Shown piece after piece: positions 16,925 to 24,291 of a DNA stretch of 34,247 nt. This DNA comes from a virus: positions 1 through 34,247 of the IMG/VR virus record IMGVR_UViG_3300012662_000006. One strand, written 5' to 3'. The notes below the pieces were generated by a model. That model did not search any database. It worked only from the letters and a program-made list of their open reading frames with translations, and was not told the DNA's origin. The position numbers and the translations under genes are program-made. How positions within the stretch are numbered: position 1 is the stretch's first letter; every line of letters starts with the position of its first letter.

Positions 16925-17176
16925 ATGAATAAAGAAGAGATAGAAGCAATGAAAGAAGTGCATTATCGTAACATTAAAAGTATGTGTTATAACTATCAGG
17001 ACCAAGAAATATGTTTTAAACTTACTTTTATAGACGAAGCAATAAACAAATTGAATGCTGCATTTAGTCTAACAAATGATAATAGATTAATTGAAATAAA
17101 TAAATTAATAGATAATCTTATTAAAGAAAGAGATAGGATTATTGAAATAGATAAGTTGAGTGCTAGTAATGAATAA
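16925..17176 (+). CDS. Hypothetical protein (83 aa), MNKE-start family
   Basis: SD AGGAGG, then ATGAATAAAGAAGAG. Confidence 0.7.
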   Translation: MNKEEIEAMKEVHYRNIKSMCYNYQDQEICFKLTFIDEAINKLNAAFSLTNDNRLIEINKLIDNLIKERDRIIEIDKLSASNE

Positions 17177-17492
17177 AGAAGAATTTATAGATTCAAAAAT
17201 GAAATTATCTAAAGAAGATATTATCTATGATTATTATAAATGTGAAGAAAAATTAATAGAAAAAATAGGTATAGAACACGACAATTATGAATTAAAACAA
17301 GAAAATAAAAAGCAAAAAGATGTAATTAATAAAATAAATAATTATATAAATAACTACGATATATTTAAAGTATTTAGTTTTCCATTAATGAAAAGATGGG
17401 AAGAAGAACAGGTTAAATCAAGTATAGATTATGAATTTAAAACATCTTTAATAAAAGATTTGAAAGATATATTAAAGGAGGTATCAGAATGA
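17169..17492 (+). CDS. Hypothetical protein (107 aa), MNKE-start family
   Basis: ATGAATAAAGAAGAA overlaps the upstream ...SNE stop by 8 nt. Confidence 0.65.
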   Translation: MNKEEFIDSKMKLSKEDIIYDYYKCEEKLIEKIGIEHDNYELKQENKKQKDVINKINNYINNYDIFKVFSFPLMKRWEEEQVKSSIDYEFKTSLIKDLKDILKEVSE

Positions 17493-17881
17493 CTAGAGAA
17501 ATAAAATTTAGGGTTTGGGATAATGGAAATAAAAAATATTTATCATTACAAGATTATCAAGATTTAGGAGCAATAGAAGTTGAAAATGATGGAACATTAA
17601 CTCTAAGCCCTAGATTTAGATTTTTAACAAGTATGATGATAATGCCTAAAAGATTTGTTCCACAACAATATACAGGTTTAAAAGATAAAAATGGTGTAGA
17701 AATTTATGAAGGAGATAAAGTAAAGGCAAAATTTTATGGTAAAGAAGTTGTTGGAGAAATTGGCTTTAGTGATGGTTGTTTCTTATTATGGAATAGTTGT
17801 GTAAGTGATAATCAATTATTTATATTTACTGATATTGAAGTAATAGGAAACATTTATGATAATGAGGTATCAAATGAATAA
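17489..17881 (+). CDS. YopX-family protein (130 aa)
   Basis: Motifs REIKFRVWD...QYTGLKDKNGVEIYEGD...VIGNIYDN are characteristic of the YopX family. Confidence 0.75.
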   Translation: MTREIKFRVWDNGNKKYLSLQDYQDLGAIEVENDGTLTLSPRFRFLTSMMIMPKRFVPQQYTGLKDKNGVEIYEGDKVKAKFYGKEVVGEIGFSDGCFLLWNSCVSDNQLFIFTDIEVIGNIYDNEVSNE

Positions 17882-18323
17882 AGAGGATATTTTAAAAGCA
17901 ATTATGGAACTTCCAAAAGTAGTAGCAAATAATCCAATAAGTACTAAAAATGGTATTAATGTTGAGGATTTAATGAATGCTATTGATAGATTAAATAAAG
18001 TTCCTGATTACAATGACTTATTAAAAGAAAATAAACAATTAAAAGAAAGAATTGAATATTTAGAAAGAAATAATAATCGAAGAGAAGACACTATTTTAGA
18101 ACAAAGACAAAGAATAAGCGATTTAGAAGATAATTGGGATAAGTTAAAAGAATATTTAATAACTGATATTAAATATTGGCAAAAACAAGAAAGAGAATGG
18201 ATTAAATTAGGTTTTATAAATTTTGGTGGAGAAGCAAATGCTAAAATAATTTTTAAAAAAGTTTTAGACATAATGGAAGATTTAGAAAAAGGAAGTGATG
18301 ATAATGTCAGGATGGAAAAATAA
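17874..18323 (+). CDS. Hypothetical protein (149 aa), cassette copy X1
   Basis: ATGAATAAAGAGGAT overlaps the YopX stop. The C-terminus is ...DNWDKLKEYL...LEKGSDDNVRMEK. Confidence 0.65.
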   Translation: MNKEDILKAIMELPKVVANNPISTKNGINVEDLMNAIDRLNKVPDYNDLLKENKQLKERIEYLERNNNRREDTILEQRQRISDLEDNWDKLKEYLITDIKYWQKQEREWIKLGFINFGGEANAKIIFKKVLDIMEDLEKGSDDNVRMEK

Positions 18324-18380
18324 TGATTTAGAACAAATTGAAGTTAAAATCAAAATACCTAAAAATACAGTAGCATTTGT
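18288..18380 (+). repeat. 93-bp direct repeat, copy 1 (4 mismatches to 19228-19320)
   Basis: Aligned by eye at a 940-bp offset. It spans the X1/Y1 gene junction. Confidence 0.9.
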
Positions 18381-18492
18381 AATTAATGCATTTTCAAAAG
18401 ATAACGGAAAAATAAATATGTTTAATGCTCAGTATGGAAGTGAAGAAGTAGAAAAACTAAAAGGAGATATTAATGAAAATAAGTATTTATGA
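18304..18492 (+). CDS. Hypothetical protein (62 aa), cassette copy Y1
   Basis: SD GGAAGTGA (18291-18298) precedes ATG 18304. The N-terminal 26 aa are nearly identical to ORF 19244-19414. Confidence 0.65.
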   Translation: MSGWKNNDLEQIEVKIKIPKNTVAFVINAFSKDNGKINMFNAQYGSEEVEKLKGDINENKYL

Positions 18493-18643
18493 TTACGATA
18501 ATAAAAGAAAAATGAATTTTAAAAATAATGCTAAAGGTATTAGAGATTTTATAATACTTCTAAATAAAATGTTTAAAGAATATGGTATTAGAATTTATAT
18601 AGATTTTGATTATAAAAAAATAAAGAGGTGTCAGAATGAATAA
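18473..18643 (+). CDS. Small hypothetical ORF (56 aa), below ORF-track cutoff
   Basis: Translation: MKISIYDYDNKRKMNFKNNAKGIRDFIILLNKMFKEYGIRIYIDFDYKKIKRCQNE. It ends in the AATGAATAA junction with the next gene. Confidence 0.5.
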   Translation: MKISIYDYDNKRKMNFKNNAKGIRDFIILLNKMFKEYGIRIYIDFDYKKIKRCQNE

Positions 18644-18986
18644 AGAAGATTTATACCCTTTAATCGGTAAATATTTAAATGGTTACAAGATAATTAAATT
18701 AGAAGAAGATCCATTTATAAAAGGACAAATTAATTTATGGACTGATGAATGGAAAACAGAATATTTTGGAGATATAAGTATAGTCAAATTTTTTATAAGA
18801 CCAGAGAGCAATTCATCTAAGATATACAATGAACTAATTAATAAAGAAATATACCAACTAAAAGATAATTGGAATAAGTTAAAACAAAAAATGCTAGATA
18901 GTTTTAATAAAACTCAAGATGTACAATTTTTAGATGTATTACAAGATATGCTAGAACTAGAACAAGGAAGTGATAGTAATGAATAA
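18636..18986 (+). CDS. Hypothetical protein (116 aa), MNKE-start family
   Basis: SD AGAGGTG. Shares DNWNKLK and ...LELEQGSDSNE motifs with 17874-18323. Confidence 0.7.
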   Translation: MNKEDLYPLIGKYLNGYKIIKLEEDPFIKGQINLWTDEWKTEYFGDISIVKFFIRPESNSSKIYNELINKEIYQLKDNWNKLKQKMLDSFNKTQDVQFLDVLQDMLELEQGSDSNE

Positions 18987-19263
18987 GGACGTAGAACAAC
19001 ATTTAGAAGAACTAATTGAATTTTATAAAAATGCAAATATTAGTGATATAGAATATCTGAAAAAATTATTTGTACGCAATTTAGGCGACGTAAAAAGAAG
19101 ATATATAAAATACGACAAGCCTAGAAAAGAAAACATAGCAAGAGCCTTAAACAAAATAGATAATATGTTTGATAAAGGTAATGAAAATTCAATAATAGAT
19201 GATTTATTAGAACTAGAAAAGATACTTAAAGGAAGTGATAGTAATGTCAGGATGGAAAATTAA
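18979..19263 (+). CDS. Hypothetical protein (94 aa), cassette copy X2
   Basis: SD AAGGAAGTGA precedes ATG 18979. The C-terminus LKGSDSNVRMEN matches X1. Confidence 0.65.
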   Translation: MNKDVEQHLEELIEFYKNANISDIEYLKKLFVRNLGDVKRRYIKYDKPRKENIARALNKIDNMFDKGNENSIIDDLLELEKILKGSDSNVRMEN

Positions 19264-19320
19264 TGATTTAGAACAAATTGAAGTTAAAATTAAAATACCT
19301 AAAAATACAGTAGCATTTGT
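19228..19320 (+). repeat. 93-bp direct repeat, copy 2
   Basis: Aligned by eye to 18288-18380. It spans the X2/Y2 junction. Confidence 0.9.
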
Positions 19321-19414
19321 AGTAAATACACTATCACAAGAAAAAAACAAGGTAGTAATGAGTAACACTCAATATGATAGTGAAGACATAGAAAAAATGA
19401 GGTGTGATAAATAA
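19244..19414 (+). CDS. Small hypothetical ORF (56 aa), cassette copy Y2, below ORF-track cutoff
   Basis: Translation: MSGWKINDLEQIEVKIKIPKNTVAFVVNTLSQEKNKVVMSNTQYDSEDIEKMRCDK. It is a paralog of 18304-18492. Confidence 0.65.
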   Translation: MSGWKINDLEQIEVKIKIPKNTVAFVVNTLSQEKNKVVMSNTQYDSEDIEKMRCDK

Positions 19415-19797
19415 TGAATAAAGAAAAGTTTATTAAAATGTTAGAACAAGCTAAAGAAGATGAATACGGAAGATTATATGTTTTAGGAGAATATAATAAC
19501 AAAATCTATTTTGGAACTATAACGACTATTTGTGATGATATATTTAAAGATAATAAAAGTGCTGAAATATATGACAGACACTTTTGTGATGATGATACTT
19601 TAGATTGTTACGTGGTATCAACTAGACACAATGAAGATATCAAATATAAAGTTCCAGAAAGAATTGGCTATTGTAAAGGATATGAATGTTTTAATAGTAT
19701 TGATGATTATATAGAACATTTAAGAACAAAAATTGATAAGCTGATAGATATATCAAATAAATATTCTAGATTGTTAGAGAAAGGTGCTAATGATTAA
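19414..19797 (+). CDS. Hypothetical protein (127 aa), MNKE-start family
   Basis: TAATG overlap. SD GAGGTG. Starts ATGAATAAAGAAAAG. Confidence 0.7.
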   Translation: MNKEKFIKMLEQAKEDEYGRLYVLGEYNNKIYFGTITTICDDIFKDNKSAEIYDRHFCDDDTLDCYVVSTRHNEDIKYKVPERIGYCKGYECFNSIDDYIEHLRTKIDKLIDISNKYSRLLEKGAND

Positions 19798-19929
19798 ATG
19801 AAGAAAAAAGAAATAGATATAGTAGATATTAAAAATGCTGACTACTTAAAATTTTATGTAGAAAATGACTTTATTTATTGTGAAAATGAATATGGTGAAA
19901 GAGTGATCGTAGGAGATTTATATCATTAA
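19798..19929 (+). CDS. Small hypothetical ORF (43 aa), below ORF-track cutoff
   Basis: The ATG directly follows the upstream TAA. Translation: MKKKEIDIVDIKNADYLKFYVENDFIYCENEYGERVIVGDLYH. Confidence 0.45.
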   Translation: MKKKEIDIVDIKNADYLKFYVENDFIYCENEYGERVIVGDLYH

Positions 19930-19948
19930 CATGAGGAGTTAAATTGGA

Positions 19949-20326
19949 ATGACTAAAGAAGAATTAATAATAGGATTTTTTGAAAAAGGTTATTGTTGTG
20001 ACTTAGATGAAGTTAAAGACACTTGTTTAGGCTTATTAAAAGAAAATCAAGAATTAAAAAACCAACTTGAAGATAAAGACGATTTTATAAATAAGTTGCA
20101 AGCAACAAAAGGCAAGTTAAATAAATGGGATTATGAAAATACAATGAAACAACAAAAGTTTATAAAGTATTTGGAAGATGAATTAAAACGAATTAATCCT
20201 AACGAGTTAACAGTTCGTGAACTTGTTAATTCTGAATTAGGCAATGTTGAGTTTACTCAATATTTGACTTATAAAGAAGTTTTACAAAAATATAAAAAAA
20301 TAATGAACGGATCTGAACGGATTTGA
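19949..20326 (+). CDS. Hypothetical coiled-coil protein (125 aa), paralog of 20604-21029
   Basis: SD GAGGAG. Shares QQKFIKYLEDE and LQKY blocks with the 141-aa ORF. Confidence 0.7.
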   Translation: MTKEELIIGFFEKGYCCDLDEVKDTCLGLLKENQELKNQLEDKDDFINKLQATKGKLNKWDYENTMKQQKFIKYLEDELKRINPNELTVRELVNSELGNVEFTQYLTYKEVLQKYKKIMNGSERI

Positions 20327-20343
20327 ACAGTTCTGAACGAAGG
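20304..20343. repeat. Four tandem 10-bp repeats TGAAC(G/A)NNNN
   Basis: TGAACGGATC, TGAACGGATT, TGAACAGTTC and TGAACGAAGG are read directly. The array is relatively GC-rich and spans a gene junction. Confidence 0.85.
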
Positions 20344-20355
20344 AGGAAAAGAAAA

Positions 20356-20595
20356 ATGAATAAAGATTTATATTATGAATTAAAAAATTTAATGGATAAA
20401 AAGGGAAAATTAGAATGGTTTTTACAAGTATTAAAAGATCATCCAAGTAAGAGTGAAATAGTATTACTTCGTGGTGGTGTAATTATGTCACTTGAAGATG
20501 CTGATATAGAAATGTTAATTCCTTATTATGAAAATAAAATCAAAAATATTGAAGAAAAAATAAATAAATTCTATTTGTCTAAAACAATAGATTAG
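20356..20595 (+). CDS. Hypothetical protein (79 aa), MNK-start family
   Basis: SD GAAGGAGG (20339-20346) precedes ATGAATAAAGAT. The ORF-track start at 20323 is an upstream extension. Confidence 0.65.
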   Translation: MNKDLYYELKNLMDKKGKLEWFLQVLKDHPSKSEIVLLRGGVIMSLEDADIEMLIPYYENKIKNIEEKINKFYLSKTID

Positions 20596-20603
20596 GAGAG
20601 AAA

Positions 20604-21029
20604 ATGAATAATATTGACAAAGATATAGTAAAACGAAATATTATTAGATGTGAAAAAGCATTAAATGAAAATAAAAAGAAATACACGTTTGATCTTGATT
20701 ATAAAAAAATGTGGGAAGATCTTGTTGATAAATCTTTAGATTTACAAGAAGAATATCGAGAATTAAAACTGCAAAATTTAGAATTAAGAAATATCTATTT
20801 TAATGTAACTCGCATTAATAAAATCTATACAAAAAAATTAAATAGATATATTGCTAAACAACAAAAGTTTATAAAGTTTTTAGAGGATGAAATAAAAATT
20901 AATAAAATAAAATATGGAAATACATTAACCGATATAAGCTATTTTGATGTTACTATTCGTATTAATGCTTTTACAGAAATTTTGCAAAAATATGAAGAGA
21001 TGTTTGGAGGAAAAGATGAAAGAAAATAA
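20604..21029 (+). CDS. Hypothetical coiled-coil protein (141 aa), paralog of 19949-20326
   Basis: SD AGGAGAG. 38/42 nt identity block at 20856-20897 vs 20147-20188. Confidence 0.7.
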   Translation: MNNIDKDIVKRNIIRCEKALNENKKKYTFDLDYKKMWEDLVDKSLDLQEEYRELKLQNLELRNIYFNVTRINKIYTKKLNRYIAKQQKFIKFLEDEIKINKIKYGNTLTDISYFDVTIRINAFTEILQKYEEMFGGKDERK

Positions 21030-21195
21030 TACAAGTGGAGGAATAAGTTTTGTTGGTTTATTAACAATAGTATTTATAGTTTTAAAATTAACTAAAGTAA
21101 TTAGTTGGAGTTGGTTATGGGTATTAAGCCCATTATGGATAAGTTTAGTAATAGGATTATTACTTATTATAATTTATTTTATTATTGTGAGGTAA
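21016..21195 (+). CDS. Small 2-TM membrane protein (59 aa)
   Basis: SD GGAGG (21006-21010) precedes ATG 21016. Hydrophobic segments: GGISFVGLLTIVFIVLKL and WLWVLSPLWISLVIGLLLIIIYFII. Confidence 0.65.
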   Translation: MKENNTSGGISFVGLLTIVFIVLKLTKVISWSWLWVLSPLWISLVIGLLLIIIYFIIVR

Positions 21196-21197
21196 AT

Positions 21198-21611
21198 ATG
21201 AAGAATAAAATAATAGTTTTAATTGTTATAGGATTAATTATATTAACAGCAACAGGATGTGTTTTAATAGATAGTGCAGATACAGTTAGTTCTAATATTA
21301 GTACAGAAGCAAATGAATTTAAGGTGAAAAGAAGAATAACCTTCATAAATTTAAGAACTGGGGAATATTTGTTTCAGGCTATTGGAAATTGTAGTGTAAA
21401 AGGCGGAAGTGATTCTTTAAATACTGAATTAGAACTTATTTGTAGAATTGGAGAGGATAAATATCAAAAACATATTTTATATATAGCAAATGAAACAACT
21501 TATGTTATTGAGCAGTTAGAATACAGCGATGTATCAAGATATGATTATGAATTTATATTTAAACCAGAAGCAATTATTCCTATTGAAATAAAAACACAGG
21601 TAGGTAATTAA
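21198..21611 (+). CDS. Lipoprotein (137 aa)
   Basis: Signal peptide with lipobox: MKNKIIVLIVIGLIILTATG|C. SD GAGG. The ORF-track start at 21105 is an upstream extension. Confidence 0.75.
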   Translation: MKNKIIVLIVIGLIILTATGCVLIDSADTVSSNISTEANEFKVKRRITFINLRTGEYLFQAIGNCSVKGGSDSLNTELELICRIGEDKYQKHILYIANETTYVIEQLEYSDVSRYDYEFIFKPEAIIPIEIKTQVGN

Positions 21612-21614
21612 AAA

Positions 21615-21713
21615 ATGGGTAATTTTATATTAGGTTTATTAGCAGGAATTTTTATAGGAACACTTATGTTAATGTTTTTACTCATTATTTTAAATGCTGC
21701 TAAAGATGATTAA
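21615..21713 (+). CDS. 32-aa single-TM peptide, below ORF-track cutoff
   Basis: Translation: MGNFILGLLAGIFIGTLMLMFLLIILNAAKDD. Tightly packed after the lipoprotein gene. Confidence 0.45.
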   Translation: MGNFILGLLAGIFIGTLMLMFLLIILNAAKDD

Positions 21714-22224
21714 TTTTAAAGATCAATGTGATATTTGTAAGCATTTTGAAATACTTATAGGATATAAAAATGAATGTCTTTGTATTAATTGTTTATTAAA
21801 AATATTAAAAGAAAGGAATGTGATTGATATGAATGGAATAGAAAGAATTAAAACATTATCTGCTGAAATAACGGATAAACCTTTACTAAAAATAGTAGAA
21901 TATTTATTATCAAGAGAAGATATGAACGATAAATATTTAAATGAAGAAAAAAGTTTATCTCAAATGATATCATATATCAGATCAGAAGCAAAAAAACAAG
22001 CAAAAAATGGAGTAGCTATGATTGAAGACGAAGTTGTCTATGGATGGGCTATACATTATTTTGACGAAACAAATAAAGATTTAGGATTAGACAAAAAAGC
22101 TGAAAAGATAGAACTAAAAGATGATGATTCTAAAACTGTTGAAAATAAACCAAAAAAGATAATTTCTAAAAAGCTAAAACAAGACGTGGTACCAGAAGGA
22201 CAATTACAATTAGAATTATTTTAA
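21706..22224 (+). CDS. PcfK-like protein with possible N-terminal CxxC...CxC..C extension
   Basis: Motif SQMISYIRSEAKKQAKNGVAMIEDEVVYGWAIHYFDE resembles PcfK-like proteins. The start is ambiguous (21694, 21706 or 21829). Confidence 0.6.
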   Translation: MINFKDQCDICKHFEILIGYKNECLCINCLLKILKERNVIDMNGIERIKTLSAEITDKPLLKIVEYLLSREDMNDKYLNEEKSLSQMISYIRSEAKKQAKNGVAMIEDEVVYGWAIHYFDETNKDLGLDKKAEKIELKDDDSKTVENKPKKIISKKLKQDVVPEGQLQLELF

Positions 22225-22225
22225 A

Positions 22226-23664
22226 ATGTATTTAACTAAAAAAATAAAAATATTAATGGATGAATTTGATAATGATGTTAATTTACCTAAAAATTTTAAT
22301 TTATATGTGGAAAAAATCAAAGTTTCCCACAAATTGATAATTAAAAGTAAAAATGGCTATCATTGTGATTATTGTAATTCAGATTTTCAAAAAAAAAAAT
22401 AACTAAAAAATTATACGGCGAAAAATTGATAAAATGTCCTATTTGTAAGCAAACATTAATTGTAAAATCAAATAGAATTAAAAATTATATTCAAAAAGAT
22501 AATTTTTGTATCATAGAACGTTTTAAAGGTTATTATATTTTTAGACTATTTCAAGTTGAAACAACATATCGAAACGGAAATTATAGTAGCCATATTTGCG
22601 AATTTGGAAGAAAATTATTTGATGATAATTTTGGTTATATTTATGAAATTTATAATGATAATATAAGTGCTACAATATCAGGTAAATATGTTAATCATAA
22701 AGAATTTTTGAATTTTAATTGGAAACGAAATGGAAGTTGTTATCATACACTAGGAGATGTTTATAAATTATATCCATACAATTTAAAGAAAATTTTTAAA
22801 GGTACTAAATGGCAATATTCACAAATATGGGATTTTGCAAAACATATTACTTATTTTGATATATCAAACTTTATGTATTCATACTCAAATTCAATTGAAT
22901 ATTTAATCAAAAATAGACTATATATTTTAACTAATGATTACCTTGAAAATACATCACATGGTTATATTTTAAAACTGGATTATAAATATATAAAACAACA
23001 TTTAAAATTTATTAGAAAACATAATTTGAAAATCGATGAAATAACTATTATGCAATATTTTAATATTTTTGATATTAAATTAATTCGAAAATATAGTGAA
23101 TATGCAGATAATTTAGATGATATTTTACATGAATTAAATATAAAGCTTGAATTAGTAGATAAATATGTTAAGGATGCACAAGATGGATTTTGTGAATACA
23201 TAGATTATCTTCAAATATGTAAATTACTTGAATACGATATGAAAGATAAAAAAATATTATATCCAAGTAATGCAGCTGATTCACACGATAAAGTTCTAAA
23301 GATTTACAATAACATAAAAGATAAGACATATCAAAAAGCAATAAAAAAGAGATATGAAATAATTAAAAAATATGCTTATAAAGATAAAAAATATATAGTT
23401 TATCCAGTAGAATCACAAAAAGAACTTATAAATGAAAGCAAACAACAAAATAATTGTGTTAAAACATATGCAGAAAGAATCGCAAAAGGTAAATGTGATA
23501 TATATTTTATGAGATTAACATCTAATGTAAATAAATCACTAGTTACTATTGAGGTTAAAAATAATAAAGTCGTTCAAAAAAGAACAAAAAATAATTGTGA
23601 TACAACATTAGAACAAAATAAATTTATAGAAAAATGGGAAAGGAAAATATTAAATAATGGATGA
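22226..23664 (+). CDS. PcfJ-like protein, reading frame changes in an A11 tract (22226-22402 in one frame, 22399-23664 in the -1 frame)
   Basis: C-terminal motif: QQNNCVKTYAERIAKGKCDIYFMR...TIEV. The downstream ORF has no SD or ATG start. The zinc ribbon CDYC...CPIC is split by the frame change. Confidence 0.6.
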
Positions 23665-24169
23665 AAAGGAATTAACAAGAGTTGTATTAAAAGAATTAGA
23701 AGCAATGGGAATGCTTAAACGAAAGAATGATGTATTTAAAAATACTGAATCTGTATTATATAATTATAATACGATTAAAGAGACAATTTCTCAGAGAAGA
23801 AATCAAATAAATGATTTAAAAAAATATGGTTTACCAAAGAAATCAAAATCAATAACATCTGTGTCACAAAACACTATTGTTATTGAGGAAAATGATTTAT
23901 TAGACTTAACCATTAAAAATATTGAAAAATCTATTATTAAAACAAAGGTAATATTAAATTATATAGATAATATATTAAGTAAATTTAAATCAGATCCTTA
24001 TTACGAAATCTTAAGACTTAAATACTTTGATAAAAAAACACATGAAGAAATAGCAGAATATTACAAAAAGGACGTTGCAACTGTCAGTAGAAATAAAAAT
24101 AGATTAATAAATGAAATAAAAGTCTATTTAATGCCTAATGATATTATCACTGATTTACTAGGATATTAA
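23657..24169 (+). CDS. Late-gene transcriptional regulator with sigma-70 region-4-type HTH (ArpU/RinA-like position)
   Basis: Motif: YYEILRLKYFDKKTHEEIAEYYKKDVATVSRNKNRLINEI. It is the last gene before the packaging module. Confidence 0.65.
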   Translation: MDEKELTRVVLKELEAMGMLKRKNDVFKNTESVLYNYNTIKETISQRRNQINDLKKYGLPKKSKSITSVSQNTIVIEENDLLDLTIKNIEKSIIKTKVILNYIDNILSKFKSDPYYEILRLKYFDKKTHEEIAEYYKKDVATVSRNKNRLINEIKVYLMPNDIITDLLGY

Positions 24170-24205
24170 ATGCTTCAATGCAAAAATCGTGCAAAAAGTG
24201 TGCTA

Positions 24206-24234
24206 TTTACATATCAGTTTTTAACTAATATAAT
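24206..24234 (+). promoter_or_regulatory. Near-consensus promoter TTTACA - 17 nt - TATAAT upstream of the late operon
   Basis: TTTACA at 24206-24211 and TATAAT at 24229-24234. Phased TGCAAAAA repeats lie upstream at 24179 and 24190. Confidence 0.6.
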
Positions 24235-24254
24235 GAGTATAATGAAATATTTGT

Positions 24255-24285
24255 AAAGTGGTATTCGAGCAATACTGCTTTTTTT
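24255..24285 (+). terminator. Intrinsic terminator-like hairpin + T7 between the promoter and the HNH gene
   Basis: Stem AAAGTGGTATT/AATACTGCTTT (two G.U pairs), loop CGAGC, then TTTTTTT. Confidence 0.55.
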
Positions 24286-24291
24286 AGTGAG

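Noticed and set aside
18288-19320. The 93-bp repeat pair as template/variable repeats of a diversity-generating retroelement
   Set aside because: No reverse transcriptase gene is present in the genome. The 4 mismatches are not adenine-specific (g/a, a/g, a/t, c/t). The repeats span a gene junction rather than the C-terminus of a receptor-binding protein.
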